Virus record (IMG/VR): IMGVR_UViG_3300010224_000001
Span: 1 to 64,000 of that record
Length of the DNA: 64,000 nucleotides
Reading direction: 5' to 3' (one strand)
Source: a virus
The translations under genes were made by a program, and so were the position numbers. Positions 37,226 to 47,347 of the stretch are shown piece after piece. A model generated the notes under the pieces. That model did no database searches and was not told the origin of the DNA. It worked only from the letters and a program-made list of their open reading frames with translations. The number at the start of each line of letters is the position of its first letter. Position 1 is the stretch's first letter.

Positions 37226-39160
37226 TTACCAGCGCGGGACCGAGTTCATCGGACGTGCGCCGCCAAACGTCTGCGACATGCCGCCCATGCCAGCACCTGC
37301 GAAGCCCGACGTGAAGCCGGTCATCAGTGCGCCTTGGCCAGCCAGGTTGGCCGAAGCGCGCTGGTGCCAGCGTGCGTCTTGACCACTGGTCACGGCGCGG
37401 ATCTGCAGGCCGGTCGCAGCGATTGCTTTATCGAGCGAGGTCAGGAAGTCAGCGTGGAAGGTGATACGACGAGCAAAGCCCGTGAAGACTGCATTGCTTG
37501 CGCATGCTTCGATCATCTTACGACGCAGTGCCAGGTTGACGCTCATCGGACGGCTGGTGTTGACGAACGTATCGGTCCATTGACGGCCGACGGTTGCGTC
37601 TTCAGCGCCGAAGCGGTTCAGCATCCACACCAGGTCGATGTTGCGGATGTCGTGCTTGACGTTTTCCTGGTCCATGTAGTAACCCAGATGGATACGATCT
37701 TCCGAATCCGTCAGGATCTTACGGCTGGTGGCGTTGAAGAAGTTGCTGAAGTGGTTGTTCGTCAGCGCATCTGCAGCGTGCACCAGGGCACGGTATGCCA
37801 GACCATCGATCTCACGTGCTGCCACGAAGATACGGTTGTACCAGGTCGAATCACCGGCTTCCGGCACGTCCAGCGACAGCGCGATACCTTGACGGACCAG
37901 TGCTGCCATGATGCCGTAGAACTCACGCTCAGTGAAGGTCTGCGGATCGGTCGTGTTGATGCGATCGACTTTACCGTCAGCACCCGGCAGACGTGCTTCG
38001 TAGTTCAGGGCGCCGATGTCTTTCGGATCGAAGCCCGGACGACGCGAACCGAATGCGTTCGGTGCCAGGTGGGCAGGCAGGAACTGCTGCATCCACGGCT
38101 GGCTACGATCCAGCAGCGGGACGGCGGTCGACAGTGCCAGCAGCTGCGTGGCGTTGTTGATCTCGTCTTCCGACTCGACTTGCGTCAGCACGAGCTGAGC
38201 CGAGTACAGCTGGGTTTCGTTGGCGTTGCGCGGCATTGCAGCGGCCCACGGATTCGACTGGTCGACGACCGGATCGTAGTTCAGGACCACGAAGCCAGAC
38301 AGGGTCGAGTACACTTCAACACGGTCGGTGTTGTCGGTGAAGTTCGACTGGTTGTTCTGGTTGTTCGGGACCGAACGGAAGTCGATCTGGATGTCGGCAC
38401 GAACCGGGAAGCCCAGCGTGTCAACCACTTCCGGCTGATGGTAGTTAGCGCGGATCTGCAGGGTGTTGTCCTTGCCGACCTGTGCCAGGTTGAGGTAGGT
38501 GAACTGCTCGGAACGAGTAATGATCTCGTTGAAAGCTGCGGTCACTGCGTTGGCTGCCAGTTGACGAACCACTGCTTTGTCGGTGATGTTGAAATCACGC
38601 GGCACGACTTCAGCGTCAGCGTAGTGCAGGTTGCGAGCTTGCGGGAACATCTCGCGCATTTTCGCACCGTAGTAATCCAGCATCACGTTGTCGATCAGAT
38701 CGCCAGTGACTTTCTGGATGTCGTAGGTGCTGCCGCCCCAGACTTCGGTCTTTTCCGAAGCTTGTGCCGAGTCACCTTCCAGGACCAGAGCGTGGTAGCC
38801 GAAGCCCAGATCCGGATGCGCCTTGTCTTGCAGAACCACCAGGATCGACGAAGCGGCGATGTTGTTGGTGGTCTTGTAATCCAGCGGGAGCAGTTCCCAG
38901 TTGAAGTTCTTCATGGCCGGAGTGTTCTTGTACTCTTCGGTCAGTGCAGTCAGCAGCTGGTTCAGGATCTCCGACGAAGCGTGACGCGACATCGGCGAAC
39001 CAAATCGTCCCATTTGACCACGCAGACCGCGCGGGCCAGCACCGCGACCTTGATCTTGCTGCGGGGGCTGTTGGAAGGTGGTTTGCTGCGTCTGCTGCTG
39101 GAAACCTTGAGTGTTACCCTGCGGAGCGTTGGCGTTGGTGTTGAAAGAACCAGTTTTCAT
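37226..39160 (-). CDS. chmA: Chimallin, phage nuclear shell protein
   Basis: 644 aa immediately upstream of nvRNAP beta' N; motifs GFPVRADI, QLLAL, DIGALNYE, RIHLGYY, DIRNID and TGFARRITF; strongly biased codon usage. Confidence 0.92.
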   Translation of the reverse strand: MKTGSFNTNANAPQGNTQGFQQQTQQTTFQQPPQQDQGRGAGPRGLRGQMGRFGSPMSRHASSEILNQLLTALTEEYKNTPAMKNFNWELLPLDYKTTNNIAASSILVVLQDKAHPDLGFGYHALVLEGDSAQASEKTEVWGGSTYDIQKVTGDLIDNVMLDYYGAKMREMFPQARNLHYADAEVVPRDFNITDKAVVRQLAANAVTAAFNEIITRSEQFTYLNLAQVGKDNTLQIRANYHQPEVVDTLGFPVRADIQIDFRSVPNNQNNQSNFTDNTDRVEVYSTLSGFVVLNYDPVVDQSNPWAAAMPRNANETQLYSAQLVLTQVESEDEINNATQLLALSTAVPLLDRSQPWMQQFLPAHLAPNAFGSRRPGFDPKDIGALNYEARLPGADGKVDRINTTDPQTFTEREFYGIMAALVRQGIALSLDVPEAGDSTWYNRIFVAAREIDGLAYRALVHAADALTNNHFSNFFNATSRKILTDSEDRIHLGYYMDQENVKHDIRNIDLVWMLNRFGAEDATVGRQWTDTFVNTSRPMSVNLALRRKMIEACASNAVFTGFARRITFHADFLTSLDKAIAATGLQIRAVTSGQDARWHQRASANLAGQGALMTGFTSGFAGAGMGGMSQTFGGARPMNSVPRW

Positions 39161-39249
39161 AACGTTTTCCTTTTTTTCCTTTTAATAACATTGAAGTTTG
39201 TCGACAAACAAACGTTATACACAACGAATCTATCCGTCATGTCAGTTTG

Positions 39250-39272
39250 GTGATATAGGTCTAAAAATGTTT
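39250..39272 (-). promoter_or_regulatory. Early promoter candidate for chmA
   Basis: AAACATTTTTAGACCTATATCAC on the minus strand. Confidence 0.72.
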
Positions 39273-39516
39273 ACAACCATGTGGGATTAAATTACAACAT
39301 AGGGTCATACGGCATAGGACCCAAAGGCGCGTTCATCACCTTTCTATAACATAGGGTGTTAGTCGTAATTTTTTACCTGTCACACCTCACTTCCGCATCC
39401 CTAGTTACATCGTTGTGCATGTTATATCCTGCCTCAGTAAAAAAAACTTTGGCTTCCTGCGTCAATCGTATGTTAGAGCTTATTTCTTTATATTAACCTT
39501 TTTTGCATGTGCTGCC

Positions 39517-40629
39517 ATGTATAGTCTTTTCCAGAATTATGATCAAAAAGAATATGGCATTGTCAGGTTGACTGAATGGAAATACATGCATGATTGCTTA
39601 CGGCGCAATCTTGTTGCTATTTTAGAATACTACCAGAATACTAGTGTTTCAGTTGCGTCTGATCATCTATTAGTGCAACTGCTTCAGTCCATCGCAATTC
39701 CTCATTCGTTAAGCATTGAGCGCTACTATGCTAACATTGCACCCTTAGCGTTAACTCTTGCATTTCCCTTTCACCTCACGTCACCAATTAGTACAGGTCG
39801 TCCTTTTAATGGGGTGTTCTACGGTAAAGGTAATCGAGAAGTCATCATCGCTGTTGATGAGTATTTTGATCCAGTCATTGCTGACAAGAATTGGAGAGCC
39901 TTAACACCAGTCAAAGTGTTACGTCATCCTTTTACCGATCTACGCCTTAACATACCAGACGGTACTGTTAAAAGTCAAGAGCAAGGGATTGTTGTTATTA
40001 CAATTAACATTCCCATGTTGGCAGTTCAGTATCGTGCTTTCCGCCGAGAAGAAATGTTAAGGGTTGAGTCTGGTGTAGTCGATGCGGAACGTAACATCAT
40101 GCAGTTCGTCATGATGTATCCGTTATCGAATCTCCTCATGACACATTTGGATCAAGCGTTATTTAATCGATTCAACCATCTGTTCCAAGACTTACCTGTA
40201 CATACTGGCAGAAGCTATCATCCGTTTCATTTAACTGATTATAGTCGTCGAGTAACTGACATCCACAAGAAACTGTTGGGTATCATGGAAAACTCCAACT
40301 ATAACTTCGGTGCTACCTTAGCGTTTATCCCTGGGGCTGTGCAAAATGATATGGAACGGGCCATGTTACTACCTGATATTGTTCCCACTAGACAGGTGTT
40401 ATGGTCGTTGGTTTTAGCGCGTTTACCTGCGTTACTCTTCTTAATTAGCTCAGCAAAGTACGGAGCTAAGATGCGTAACCAAATGGAAGTTGATCAGATT
40501 GTAGAAACTTTCTTGAGATTAAAACGTCAACGTGTATTTGAATCAACCCTACCTGGCGAACTCTATAAAGAAACCATGCAACTGATTGATTCAATTACTA
40601 CTTTAAGCAATAACCCAAAAACCGAATAG
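39517..40629 (+). CDS. Conserved core (virion) protein (phiKZ gp52-like)
   Basis: Start MYSLFQ; motifs HLLVQLL, VITINIPMLAVQY and TRQVLW; divergent from chmA. Confidence 0.65.
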   Translation: MYSLFQNYDQKEYGIVRLTEWKYMHDCLRRNLVAILEYYQNTSVSVASDHLLVQLLQSIAIPHSLSIERYYANIAPLALTLAFPFHLTSPISTGRPFNGVFYGKGNREVIIAVDEYFDPVIADKNWRALTPVKVLRHPFTDLRLNIPDGTVKSQEQGIVVITINIPMLAVQYRAFRREEMLRVESGVVDAERNIMQFVMMYPLSNLLMTHLDQALFNRFNHLFQDLPVHTGRSYHPFHLTDYSRRVTDIHKKLLGIMENSNYNFGATLAFIPGAVQNDMERAMLLPDIVPTRQVLWSLVLARLPALLFLISSAKYGAKMRNQMEVDQIVETFLRLKRQRVFESTLPGELYKETMQLIDSITTLSNNPKTE

Positions 40630-40636
40630 GACCATC

Positions 40637-42013
40637 ATGAAACGACATTTTCGTCCCTTCTTAGCCGACAATGGATTCCTCTCATTAGAAGAAGAAGCCA
40701 TGTTAATGACTGAGATTGCTGACTGTGAAAACAATTCAGACAACGCAATCGCTACCGCTGATCGTGTATTAGAAGTACAACGTGGTATGGATGATGTTGG
40801 TATCATTCTTGCTACGATGCCTGATCCGACTTCTGTAGAAGAACAACTGGCTCGCGCAGTGGCTGATATGGCAGTGGCTGGCACTGACATCGATCCTACT
40901 ATTCTGTTGCCGGATGTTTCTGATCCATTAGAGATGGTGGCTACGGAAGATAACGGCGCAATGATTCTTCACCCGAATCATCCACAAAGTTCGGAGCGCG
41001 TTAAAGATCCTAGTCTTATCCAGAAAATGATTAATGCCTTGGCTGAAGTCTGGGAAGCTATCAAACAAGCTTTGGCTGAGGCTTGGAAGAGTGTCAAGCA
41101 ACATTACAACAGCGTATTCGGTGCAGTTGAAGCCGCGCAGCGTAATGTCAAAGAACTGTTAGCTAAGTATACGGAACTGGGTAGCGTAGAACCTACAGAT
41201 CACCGTCCAATTGTGATCTTTGATTCTGGCGACACTTTCCGTGTTGGCGGTAAGATGCTGCTGGGTGAAGATCGCTTTAAGGCCGTAGAGCGTTTAAATA
41301 GTTTTGCCATGAGCCTGTACGGTATTGCTCCAAAGAAAGTATTAAACATTGGTAAGCATATCGAAAACGCATTCCGTTCTTTTGATCCGAATCGTTTAGA
41401 TGACTTCACTAAGAGATTCTCTCACGACATGGGTGAACTCTTTGAAGATTATGCGAAAACCTTTACTTCGGATTATCTGCCGGATGCACACAACGGTCAA
41501 GGTAATGTCACTTTAACCAGTGCACCACTGTTAGGTAACTTCCAAGCGACGATCACTGTACCTGGACCTTTGGCGAATAAAGAAGTCGAAGATCCGATGG
41601 AGATCATCACTTACGTAAGTAAAGTACGTGCCAGTATCTCGAAGATGGATACGAATGTTAAAGACAATCACGCAGGTCTTAGCATTCCGATTCAAAATTC
41701 GGATGTCTATCGTTATAGCCTGATGGGTGTAGCTAAAATCATCAACATCATGCTTGACTATAAGAGTGGTAGCGTGGCTAATCAGTTAGCTATGCAATCA
41801 ACTGCGATTGAGAAAGCAACCAGTATGGCGATTGATCACGCAAAACGTTCGACTGATCCAGAAGCATTTGCAGTCGTCAAGCGTGTACTGCCGATCAATA
41901 GCGCTTATGCGAACTGGGCAAGTCAGCCGATGATGAAAGTGTTAGGTCAACTCATTCGTGTCGTCAATGCCGATATTCGCGTGGCACGTTTAGCTCTGCA
42001 TCATTTCAAGTAA
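40637..42013 (+). CDS. Internal head protein of the phiKZ-type head paralog family
   Basis: Acidic propeptide with S-L-E and A-T-E sites, then the W-rich amphipathic helix EVWEAIKQALAEAWK. Confidence 0.65.
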   Translation: MKRHFRPFLADNGFLSLEEEAMLMTEIADCENNSDNAIATADRVLEVQRGMDDVGIILATMPDPTSVEEQLARAVADMAVAGTDIDPTILLPDVSDPLEMVATEDNGAMILHPNHPQSSERVKDPSLIQKMINALAEVWEAIKQALAEAWKSVKQHYNSVFGAVEAAQRNVKELLAKYTELGSVEPTDHRPIVIFDSGDTFRVGGKMLLGEDRFKAVERLNSFAMSLYGIAPKKVLNIGKHIENAFRSFDPNRLDDFTKRFSHDMGELFEDYAKTFTSDYLPDAHNGQGNVTLTSAPLLGNFQATITVPGPLANKEVEDPMEIITYVSKVRASISKMDTNVKDNHAGLSIPIQNSDVYRYSLMGVAKIINIMLDYKSGSVANQLAMQSTAIEKATSMAIDHAKRSTDPEAFAVVKRVLPINSAYANWASQPMMKVLGQLIRVVNADIRVARLALHHFK

Positions 42014-42016
42014 ACA

Positions 42017-42067
42017 TCATAGTTCCCACTACTCTCCAATGTACCGGAGAGTAGTGGGGTTATGACC
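42017..42067. terminator. Bidirectional hairpin
   Basis: CCCACTACTCTCC...GGAGAGTAGTGGG flanked by CATAG and TTATGACC. Confidence 0.8.
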
Positions 42068-44214
42068 TAGTAATAGTCCATTACTAGTTGACGAAGGTCT
42101 GTGTGATTGATATACACACCAAGAGTTTCAAGGATCAAATAGAACATCGCTGTCGCTTTGTGAATAATCTTGCGAATATTCATTGCCTGCATGATTTCAT
42201 CAGGAATACCTTGTGCTTTAACAATATTTGCCGGGATGAGTAACGTCGAAATATTATTCTTGTTAGTCTTCACCAGCCATTGTCGCATTGCGATTGCCAT
42301 CTCTTGATCTTGCAGCTGATCAAGCCATGCATTCATCTTAGCCTTGGTATCAAGTTCGACCGAAACAGTAATCACTCGATAAGGTGGTGGTAATGTTTGA
42401 CCGTAGCGCTTACCAAACACTTCATTCCAAAGACTATACTGCAAGTAGTTCGTTGCGTCAGCGCCTTGCTTATATGCTTCAGCAACGTTAATACGGCTAA
42501 TCTTCAAGAAGCGGAAATCACCAGTACGAATTGCGTGTTCAATTGATCGCTCAATATCAGCAACCTCTTTGGCTTTTTCCAAAGCACTCACTTTACCTGT
42601 TGTACGAATCTGGGTCATGATGTCCACCATCATGTTCTCAGCTTTCTGCACAATTTCTTTAGGCACGTTAGAGGACTTCAAGTGCACACCTTTAATCTCA
42701 GTCTTAAACTTAGAGTAAAGGTTACCTTCTTGCATGCTAATCTGAGCAAAGTAATGCTTACCCAGCTGTGTCAGAACGAATGCATCGAACTTATACTCGT
42801 TCTTCATCGAGATCTGGAAGCGACGATCTTTCTCAACACCAGCATTAGCTGACATCGTTCCCAACACGTGAATGATGGTTTGCGAAGTCAAGAAGATCAT
42901 CGCAGTCGATACAGCATTTGCCGTATCATTAAACACCACACCACCACAGTACCAATCCACCCACTCTTGGACCGTAAAGATGGTCGAGTCAGTATCAGAT
43001 GCTAACACTACACGTCGAATACTAAACGGCAGCATTGCAATCGATGCAGGAATGTTATCTGTTGCCCAGAAAGTTTGAACAATGTGAACGTAATCATTGA
43101 CGACGTTTGCAATGTTCTTTACGACAGTAGCCAGAATCGCATACTTCTCAGGCGCTTCTTTCTTGATATCATTCATGGTCTTACCCAGCATAAAGCTCGT
43201 GCAAATCTGCATCGCGAGCGAATGATACGCTTCAGGGTAAGTGTGGATCGTTTCATCAGGCGTAGGATCAGGCGTATCCACATACTGAATCAAACGAGTC
43301 ATGAACGTACGAGCAAACTGATCATTGAAGACACGTAAGTGATAGAAGTCACCTGTGTAAACAAAGGCTGCACGTTGCAATGGTTGCAGTCGCTCAACCA
43401 AATGACGCAGCTTGATCATGGACTTCGGATCAGTCCAGTAAAGCTTAGTCGAGTACTCGATGGTCTGCATGGTTTCATCCACAGTGGGATAATGCAGATT
43501 GTACAACGTCATCGTTTTCTCTAACCGCACATAGTCCGTGTGGTTGATAATTGAGATGATATTGTTGCGAGTAATATCAAGTGACCAATAATGTCGGTTA
43601 CCACTTAAGAACCGTTCGTTATTGGTATTACCATACGCTGCGGTTTGACGGCAGTTAGAAGTCAGTGTGCTGTGTGCAGTGCGGTTGTATAATGGGTTGT
43701 GGGCATTAACGTGTGCACCAGAGACAGCGTTGTTGGACAGCTTACGGCCAGTTTGTTCAGAGTGCTTAAACTTGTAGTTAAAACTATTCTTACCTTCTTC
43801 CATCTCAGCTTTGAACATCGCCTTCTTAGCGATCTTACGGCGATCCACGTTCCGCTGCTGGAAACCCACAAGTGGCGACTTCCGTATGTGGGCGCCGAGA
43901 TAGGTGGTAAAGGTTGGTGCAACAATATCTTGATTGACCTGGATTTCACGCAAGTATTCACTAAACGTGGAAACCTCAATACTGCGGTCACCCGTGTCAA
44001 TATGTCGTTCAAGGAAACTAACTTGTGGATCTTTAAATTCAAACTCGCCGCCTGGGCGAATCTTGTTTAAAACAAATTCCTTACAGAATTCTGGTGATTG
44101 TCCAGTCATAATGGATAGATGCGCGACTTGATCATCTAGCCAATGCTTCTGCATGTTGATATCTCGTTTATAGTGATCTTTGCTATAAAAGAAAGGATTA
44201 TCGTAAGCACCCAT
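42067..44214 (-). CDS. Split family-B DNA polymerase, palm/fingers subunit (phiKZ gp50-like)
   Basis: Motif B Q...KLSNNAVSG, LTSNCR, motif C SDTDS, KHYFA, EIKGVHL. Confidence 0.9.
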   Translation of the reverse strand: MGAYDNPFFYSKDHYKRDINMQKHWLDDQVAHLSIMTGQSPEFCKEFVLNKIRPGGEFEFKDPQVSFLERHIDTGDRSIEVSTFSEYLREIQVNQDIVAPTFTTYLGAHIRKSPLVGFQQRNVDRRKIAKKAMFKAEMEEGKNSFNYKFKHSEQTGRKLSNNAVSGAHVNAHNPLYNRTAHSTLTSNCRQTAAYGNTNNERFLSGNRHYWSLDITRNNIISIINHTDYVRLEKTMTLYNLHYPTVDETMQTIEYSTKLYWTDPKSMIKLRHLVERLQPLQRAAFVYTGDFYHLRVFNDQFARTFMTRLIQYVDTPDPTPDETIHTYPEAYHSLAMQICTSFMLGKTMNDIKKEAPEKYAILATVVKNIANVVNDYVHIVQTFWATDNIPASIAMLPFSIRRVVLASDTDSTIFTVQEWVDWYCGGVVFNDTANAVSTAMIFLTSQTIIHVLGTMSANAGVEKDRRFQISMKNEYKFDAFVLTQLGKHYFAQISMQEGNLYSKFKTEIKGVHLKSSNVPKEIVQKAENMMVDIMTQIRTTGKVSALEKAKEVADIERSIEHAIRTGDFRFLKISRINVAEAYKQGADATNYLQYSLWNEVFGKRYGQTLPPPYRVITVSVELDTKAKMNAWLDQLQDQEMAIAMRQWLVKTNKNNISTLLIPANIVKAQGIPDEIMQAMNIRKIIHKATAMFYLILETLGVYINHTDLRQLVMDYY

Positions 44215-44279
44215 TGTTCACTACTCCTTTTCGGTTCAAACTATAAAGGACAGTGATAAAAAAATCAAAAAAAAAAATG

Positions 44280-44328
44280 ACGTCATAAAAAAACCCGAGA
44301 AGACCACCCCGAAGGGCAGCCCTCTCGG
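44280..44328 (-). terminator. Intrinsic terminator with UUCG loop
   Basis: CCGAGAGGGCTGCCC-TTCG-GGGTGGTCTTCTCGG, then G-T7-ATGACGT. Confidence 0.85.
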
Positions 44329-44700
44329 AAAGTCCAACTTTTGGCGCTCCGCCAAAACAGATAGAGTAACAACCTCAATGCCTAGCAAGTAAACCACCTT
44401 GTACTAGTTTATCAATAGATCAACCCATGATTAGAAAGGAGGAAAGACTCATGAGGATCACACTTCAAGACTAGTTCAATTTCTTTTACTTACGCCGTGT
44501 CTCTGCTGGAAGTCACAGCAACTAGATATTTCAATTGTTACGCTATAGCGTTGATCCCGAAGGACCTCGACCTCAGTTCAACCATCGCGAATCTCCCTGA
44601 AGCTAACCCGGACCACGCCATGTCCGCACTGGCCATTGTATATGGAAGCTGAGTAAAAAAATCTTCAACTACCCGTATTCGGAATGACCGACCGAATTCT
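44287..44700 (-). ncRNA. Candidate structured non-coding RNA
   Basis: Gap of ~410 nt with no credible ORF; consecutive hairpins, G-U pairs and UUCG loops on the minus strand; ends at a terminator. Confidence 0.45.
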
Positions 44701-45114
44701 TTATACCGTAATTGTAGAGCCAGTTTTAACACGCATGTTAACTGCTTTGAAACCATTTGATGCGAGAGCATTACGGATCGCGAGTTGATCGCTTGCACTT
44801 ACATTTTCAATTTCAAATACAACCGTTGAACGTGTGACAAGTTCGACCGAATCATCAATGACCCATGGTCTGCCAATAACACGAGTTGCGCCAGAGACAG
44901 TGCGCAGCTTTAAGTAGCTATAGGCAGTAGGATCATCTGGAGTCGAAGCAGGAAGACGCGGATACACTTTGATGTGCATCGCACGAGTGTCAATGTAGCT
45001 TCGTGCTGTTTCTTCATCGAGAATTGCCAACACGACCACGTTCTGAAAATCATTGCCTATCTCAGCAACTGGATAGACGTTGAATGAGTAAGTGCTCTGT
45101 AATGCGAAGTCCAT
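44701..45114 (-). CDS. Conserved core beta-barrel-like protein (phiKZ gp49-like)
   Basis: 137 aa, AAGGGAG RBS; motifs HIKVYPRLP, DDPTAYSY and VIGRPWV. Confidence 0.7.
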   Translation of the reverse strand: MDFALQSTYSFNVYPVAEIGNDFQNVVVLAILDEETARSYIDTRAMHIKVYPRLPASTPDDPTAYSYLKLRTVSGATRVIGRPWVIDDSVELVTRSTVVFEIENVSASDQLAIRNALASNGFKAVNMRVKTGSTITV

Positions 45115-45133
45115 GTTCGGACACTCCCTTAAA

Positions 45134-45523
45134 TTAATTTTGGTATTGTTTCAGACAAACGTCGTTACCAATCATAATGTAAGGGAGATAATCCTTGTAT
45201 GTCAAACCACCCAGCGTGCCTGTGTCATCCATTCTCGTCTGGATCTGGACAAGAGCGGCATATGCAGCTTTATGGATGCGTACTTTAAACTCAGCAGGAA
45301 TAGCATCCATTGACGGATAGACCGTAAGAAACCTGAAACGACTTAAGTCAAGTATCTCACGGTCATACATGTCAATTGGGTTATTCACGTTTAAGATCTC
45401 GAATAACTGATGCAGTAATTCTAAAGCATCCCGATGATCTATCTGGACATTAATGGCTTGACTAAATATACTGATCAAGTCCGAAGTCGGGAAAATCACC
45501 TGGGGAGGACTGGACGGAAACAT
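45134..45523 (-). CDS. Hypothetical protein, paralog array member 7
   Basis: AAGGAG RBS before the ATG at 45523 (MFPSSPPQVIFPT). Confidence 0.7.
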   Translation of the reverse strand: MFPSSPPQVIFPTSDLISIFSQAINVQIDHRDALELLHQLFEILNVNNPIDMYDREILDLSRFRFLTVYPSMDAIPAEFKVRIHKAAYAALVQIQTRMDDTGTLGGLTYKDYLPYIMIGNDVCLKQYQN

Positions 45524-46001
45524 TAAAGTTATCTCCTTGGCGCGCAGTGTATTCCGGTGTAGGGCTAGCTGGACTAAACCATTTCTCCACAAGCTCTACC
45601 GCAACCGTGGTACCGACATAGCACTTGAATTTGTAAGGGAAGAAACCGAGATGGTAAATTGCTTCATTACGGAAACGCTGAATCACTTGTTTACCGAAAC
45701 GCACAGTCACATTGGCTAACTCTAAATGTAACGGTGTATACTGCAATACTTCAACGACTTCACCGTCGACAACTTCACAATGCAACAGACTAGCGATATC
45801 GTTGTATGCCATGGAAGCAAGTTCTAGTTCGGCTTCATTCTCCTGTTGAATAGTTTCGATAACTTGACTGACCATTTTGTTAATGTTCGGCTTAACAGAA
45901 TAGCCAAGGTTGCGCTGATATTGCTGAAGGACATTCTGCCATTCAACATGAAAATTCTGAATCAGATCAGCGATGTCTAAAACAAGGATTTGAGGGAGCA
46001 T
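45462..46001 (-). CDS. Hypothetical protein, paralog array member 6
   Basis: Likely start MLPQILVLD; C-terminal IYHLGFFPYKF motif. Confidence 0.7.
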   Translation of the reverse strand: MLPQILVLDIADLIQNFHVEWQNVLQQYQRNLGYSVKPNINKMVSQVIETIQQENEAELELASMAYNDIASLLHCEVVDGEVVEVLQYTPLHLELANVTVRFGKQVIQRFRNEAIYHLGFFPYKFKCYVGTTVAVELVEKWFSPASPTPEYTARQGDNFNVSVQSSPGDFPDFGLDQYI

Positions 46002-46017
46002 TTGATCTTGGTAACCG

Positions 46018-46407
46018 TCAAGAAGTTGGAGTGAACGCGAGCGTGTATTCATTTATCATTCTCTTGTAAGAATATTTGGCATAGGGTTGGGAGAACAAAC
46101 CGCTATCCTCCATCAATTGATACATCTCCCAAGCAAAAGCGTGAAGAGCACTATACATTAATGTATTGGCCCACTTCTCTTCCTCGGGAGACACCCATGC
46201 TGGATTTTCGATAAGCCAACCTGGTTCCAGAATATGTAACACTGTCTTATCGATTTCTTGTGGAATGTTTTCACTTGCAAAAGCTGCAAACAACAACGAC
46301 ATCGCTACGTCAATATCGATCGTAGGTAGTTCTGGATGACTTAAGGACTGGCGCAACTTTAAGATCGGTTCCTTAAAGTCAATCAAGTAAACGCGCGGTT
46401 GCGCCAT
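46018..46407 (-). CDS. Hypothetical protein, paralog array member 5
   Basis: 129 aa, AAGGA RBS. Confidence 0.7.
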   Translation of the reverse strand: MAQPRVYLIDFKEPILKLRQSLSHPELPTIDIDVAMSLLFAAFASENIPQEIDKTVLHILEPGWLIENPAWVSPEEEKWANTLMYSALHAFAWEMYQLMEDSGLFSQPYAKYSYKRMINEYTLAFTPTS

Positions 46408-46451
46408 GATTTCTTCATCCTTTCTGAATCATCTTTACAACGACTCTGTGA

Positions 46452-46913
46452 CTAAAACCAGAACAATTGCACATACTTCCTGGCTTGTAAGATCACGGAA
46501 TCACCCATCCATTGCATGTTCTCGATATCGCAAATGTATTTAGAAAACACGTCAACGTGCTCATCTATCATACTGGTAACTTTCTGTGATATCTCGGAAC
46601 AAACCATCTCGATGAGAAACTCATTGGTTAACTCATCGTGCGAATGGAGTGCTAAACGATAATCTTCCGATTGCTCGTATAACTGTAATGTATGGTTAAG
46701 AATTTTCTTTTCCTTACCCATCATGTCTTGCGTGGGATCGGAATCGATATCATCTACTAATAGATGACTGATATACTCGGGATCGGCATACTCGTTTAGG
46801 TATGCCTTGACCAAGCCAGTTACACCTTCAGGATAAAACAGAAAGAGCTTTTCAAACTTCTCGTAATCTTTCAATCCACCTGAAGGCAGTACTAGATAAA
46901 TCGGCGTTGACAT
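46452..46913 (-). CDS. Hypothetical protein, paralog array member 4
   Basis: 153 aa, GAGG RBS. Confidence 0.7.
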   Translation of the reverse strand: MSTPIYLVLPSGGLKDYEKFEKLFLFYPEGVTGLVKAYLNEYADPEYISHLLVDDIDSDPTQDMMGKEKKILNHTLQLYEQSEDYRLALHSHDELTNEFLIEMVCSEISQKVTSMIDEHVDVFSKYICDIENMQWMGDSVILQARKYVQLFWF

Positions 46914-46924
46914 ACAACTTCCTC

Positions 46925-47347
46925 TTAAACGAAGTTTGTACCTACTGGGAATCTAACAGCTAAGGTATTGGGTGGCATGTATTCATAGTCACAATCCAGA
47001 GCTAACTCGGTATAAGCAAAATTCGGGAAATGTGCTGCGATTGCATCAACAACCAACTTAGGTATCTCAATACTTAAGTGATCAGCGATATTTTTTGTCA
47101 CGCCTTGACTAATCAATAGCTGATGAATCACTTCGGTCTGACTGGCTTCGTGAAAAGCTGCCTTGATATCTTTGATTACCAAAGTCATTAGCTGCGTTGG
47201 ATCGTAATCCGCAAAGATGTTGTAATTGTAGAGCGGACTGATACATCCGCTTTTTAAAAACTCGGCCAGCATTTGCCGTAATGTCAACTTCAATTCTACA
47301 ATCGCTTCATCAATGTTGATATACGCAACTACTGCGTATGGATTCAT
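46925..47347 (-). CDS. Hypothetical protein, paralog array member 3
   Basis: 140 aa, ATGA overlap with the upstream gene. Confidence 0.7.
   Translation of the reverse strand: MNPYAVVAYINIDEAIVELKLTLRQMLAEFLKSGCISPLYNYNIFADYDPTQLMTLVIKDIKAAFHEASQTEVIHQLLISQGVTKNIADHLSIEIPKLVVDAIAAHFPNFAYTELALDCDYEYMPPNTLAVRFPVGTNFV

Noticed and set aside
37217-39253. 678-aa plus-strand ORF
   Set aside because: Antisense shadow of chmA caused by its codon bias; no RBS or recognisable motifs
44538-44798. 86-aa ORF ending GINAIA*, suggesting a tmRNA tag
   Set aside because: No tRNA-like acceptor/T-arm ends and no RBS found; the region is better explained as a structured RNA of unknown class
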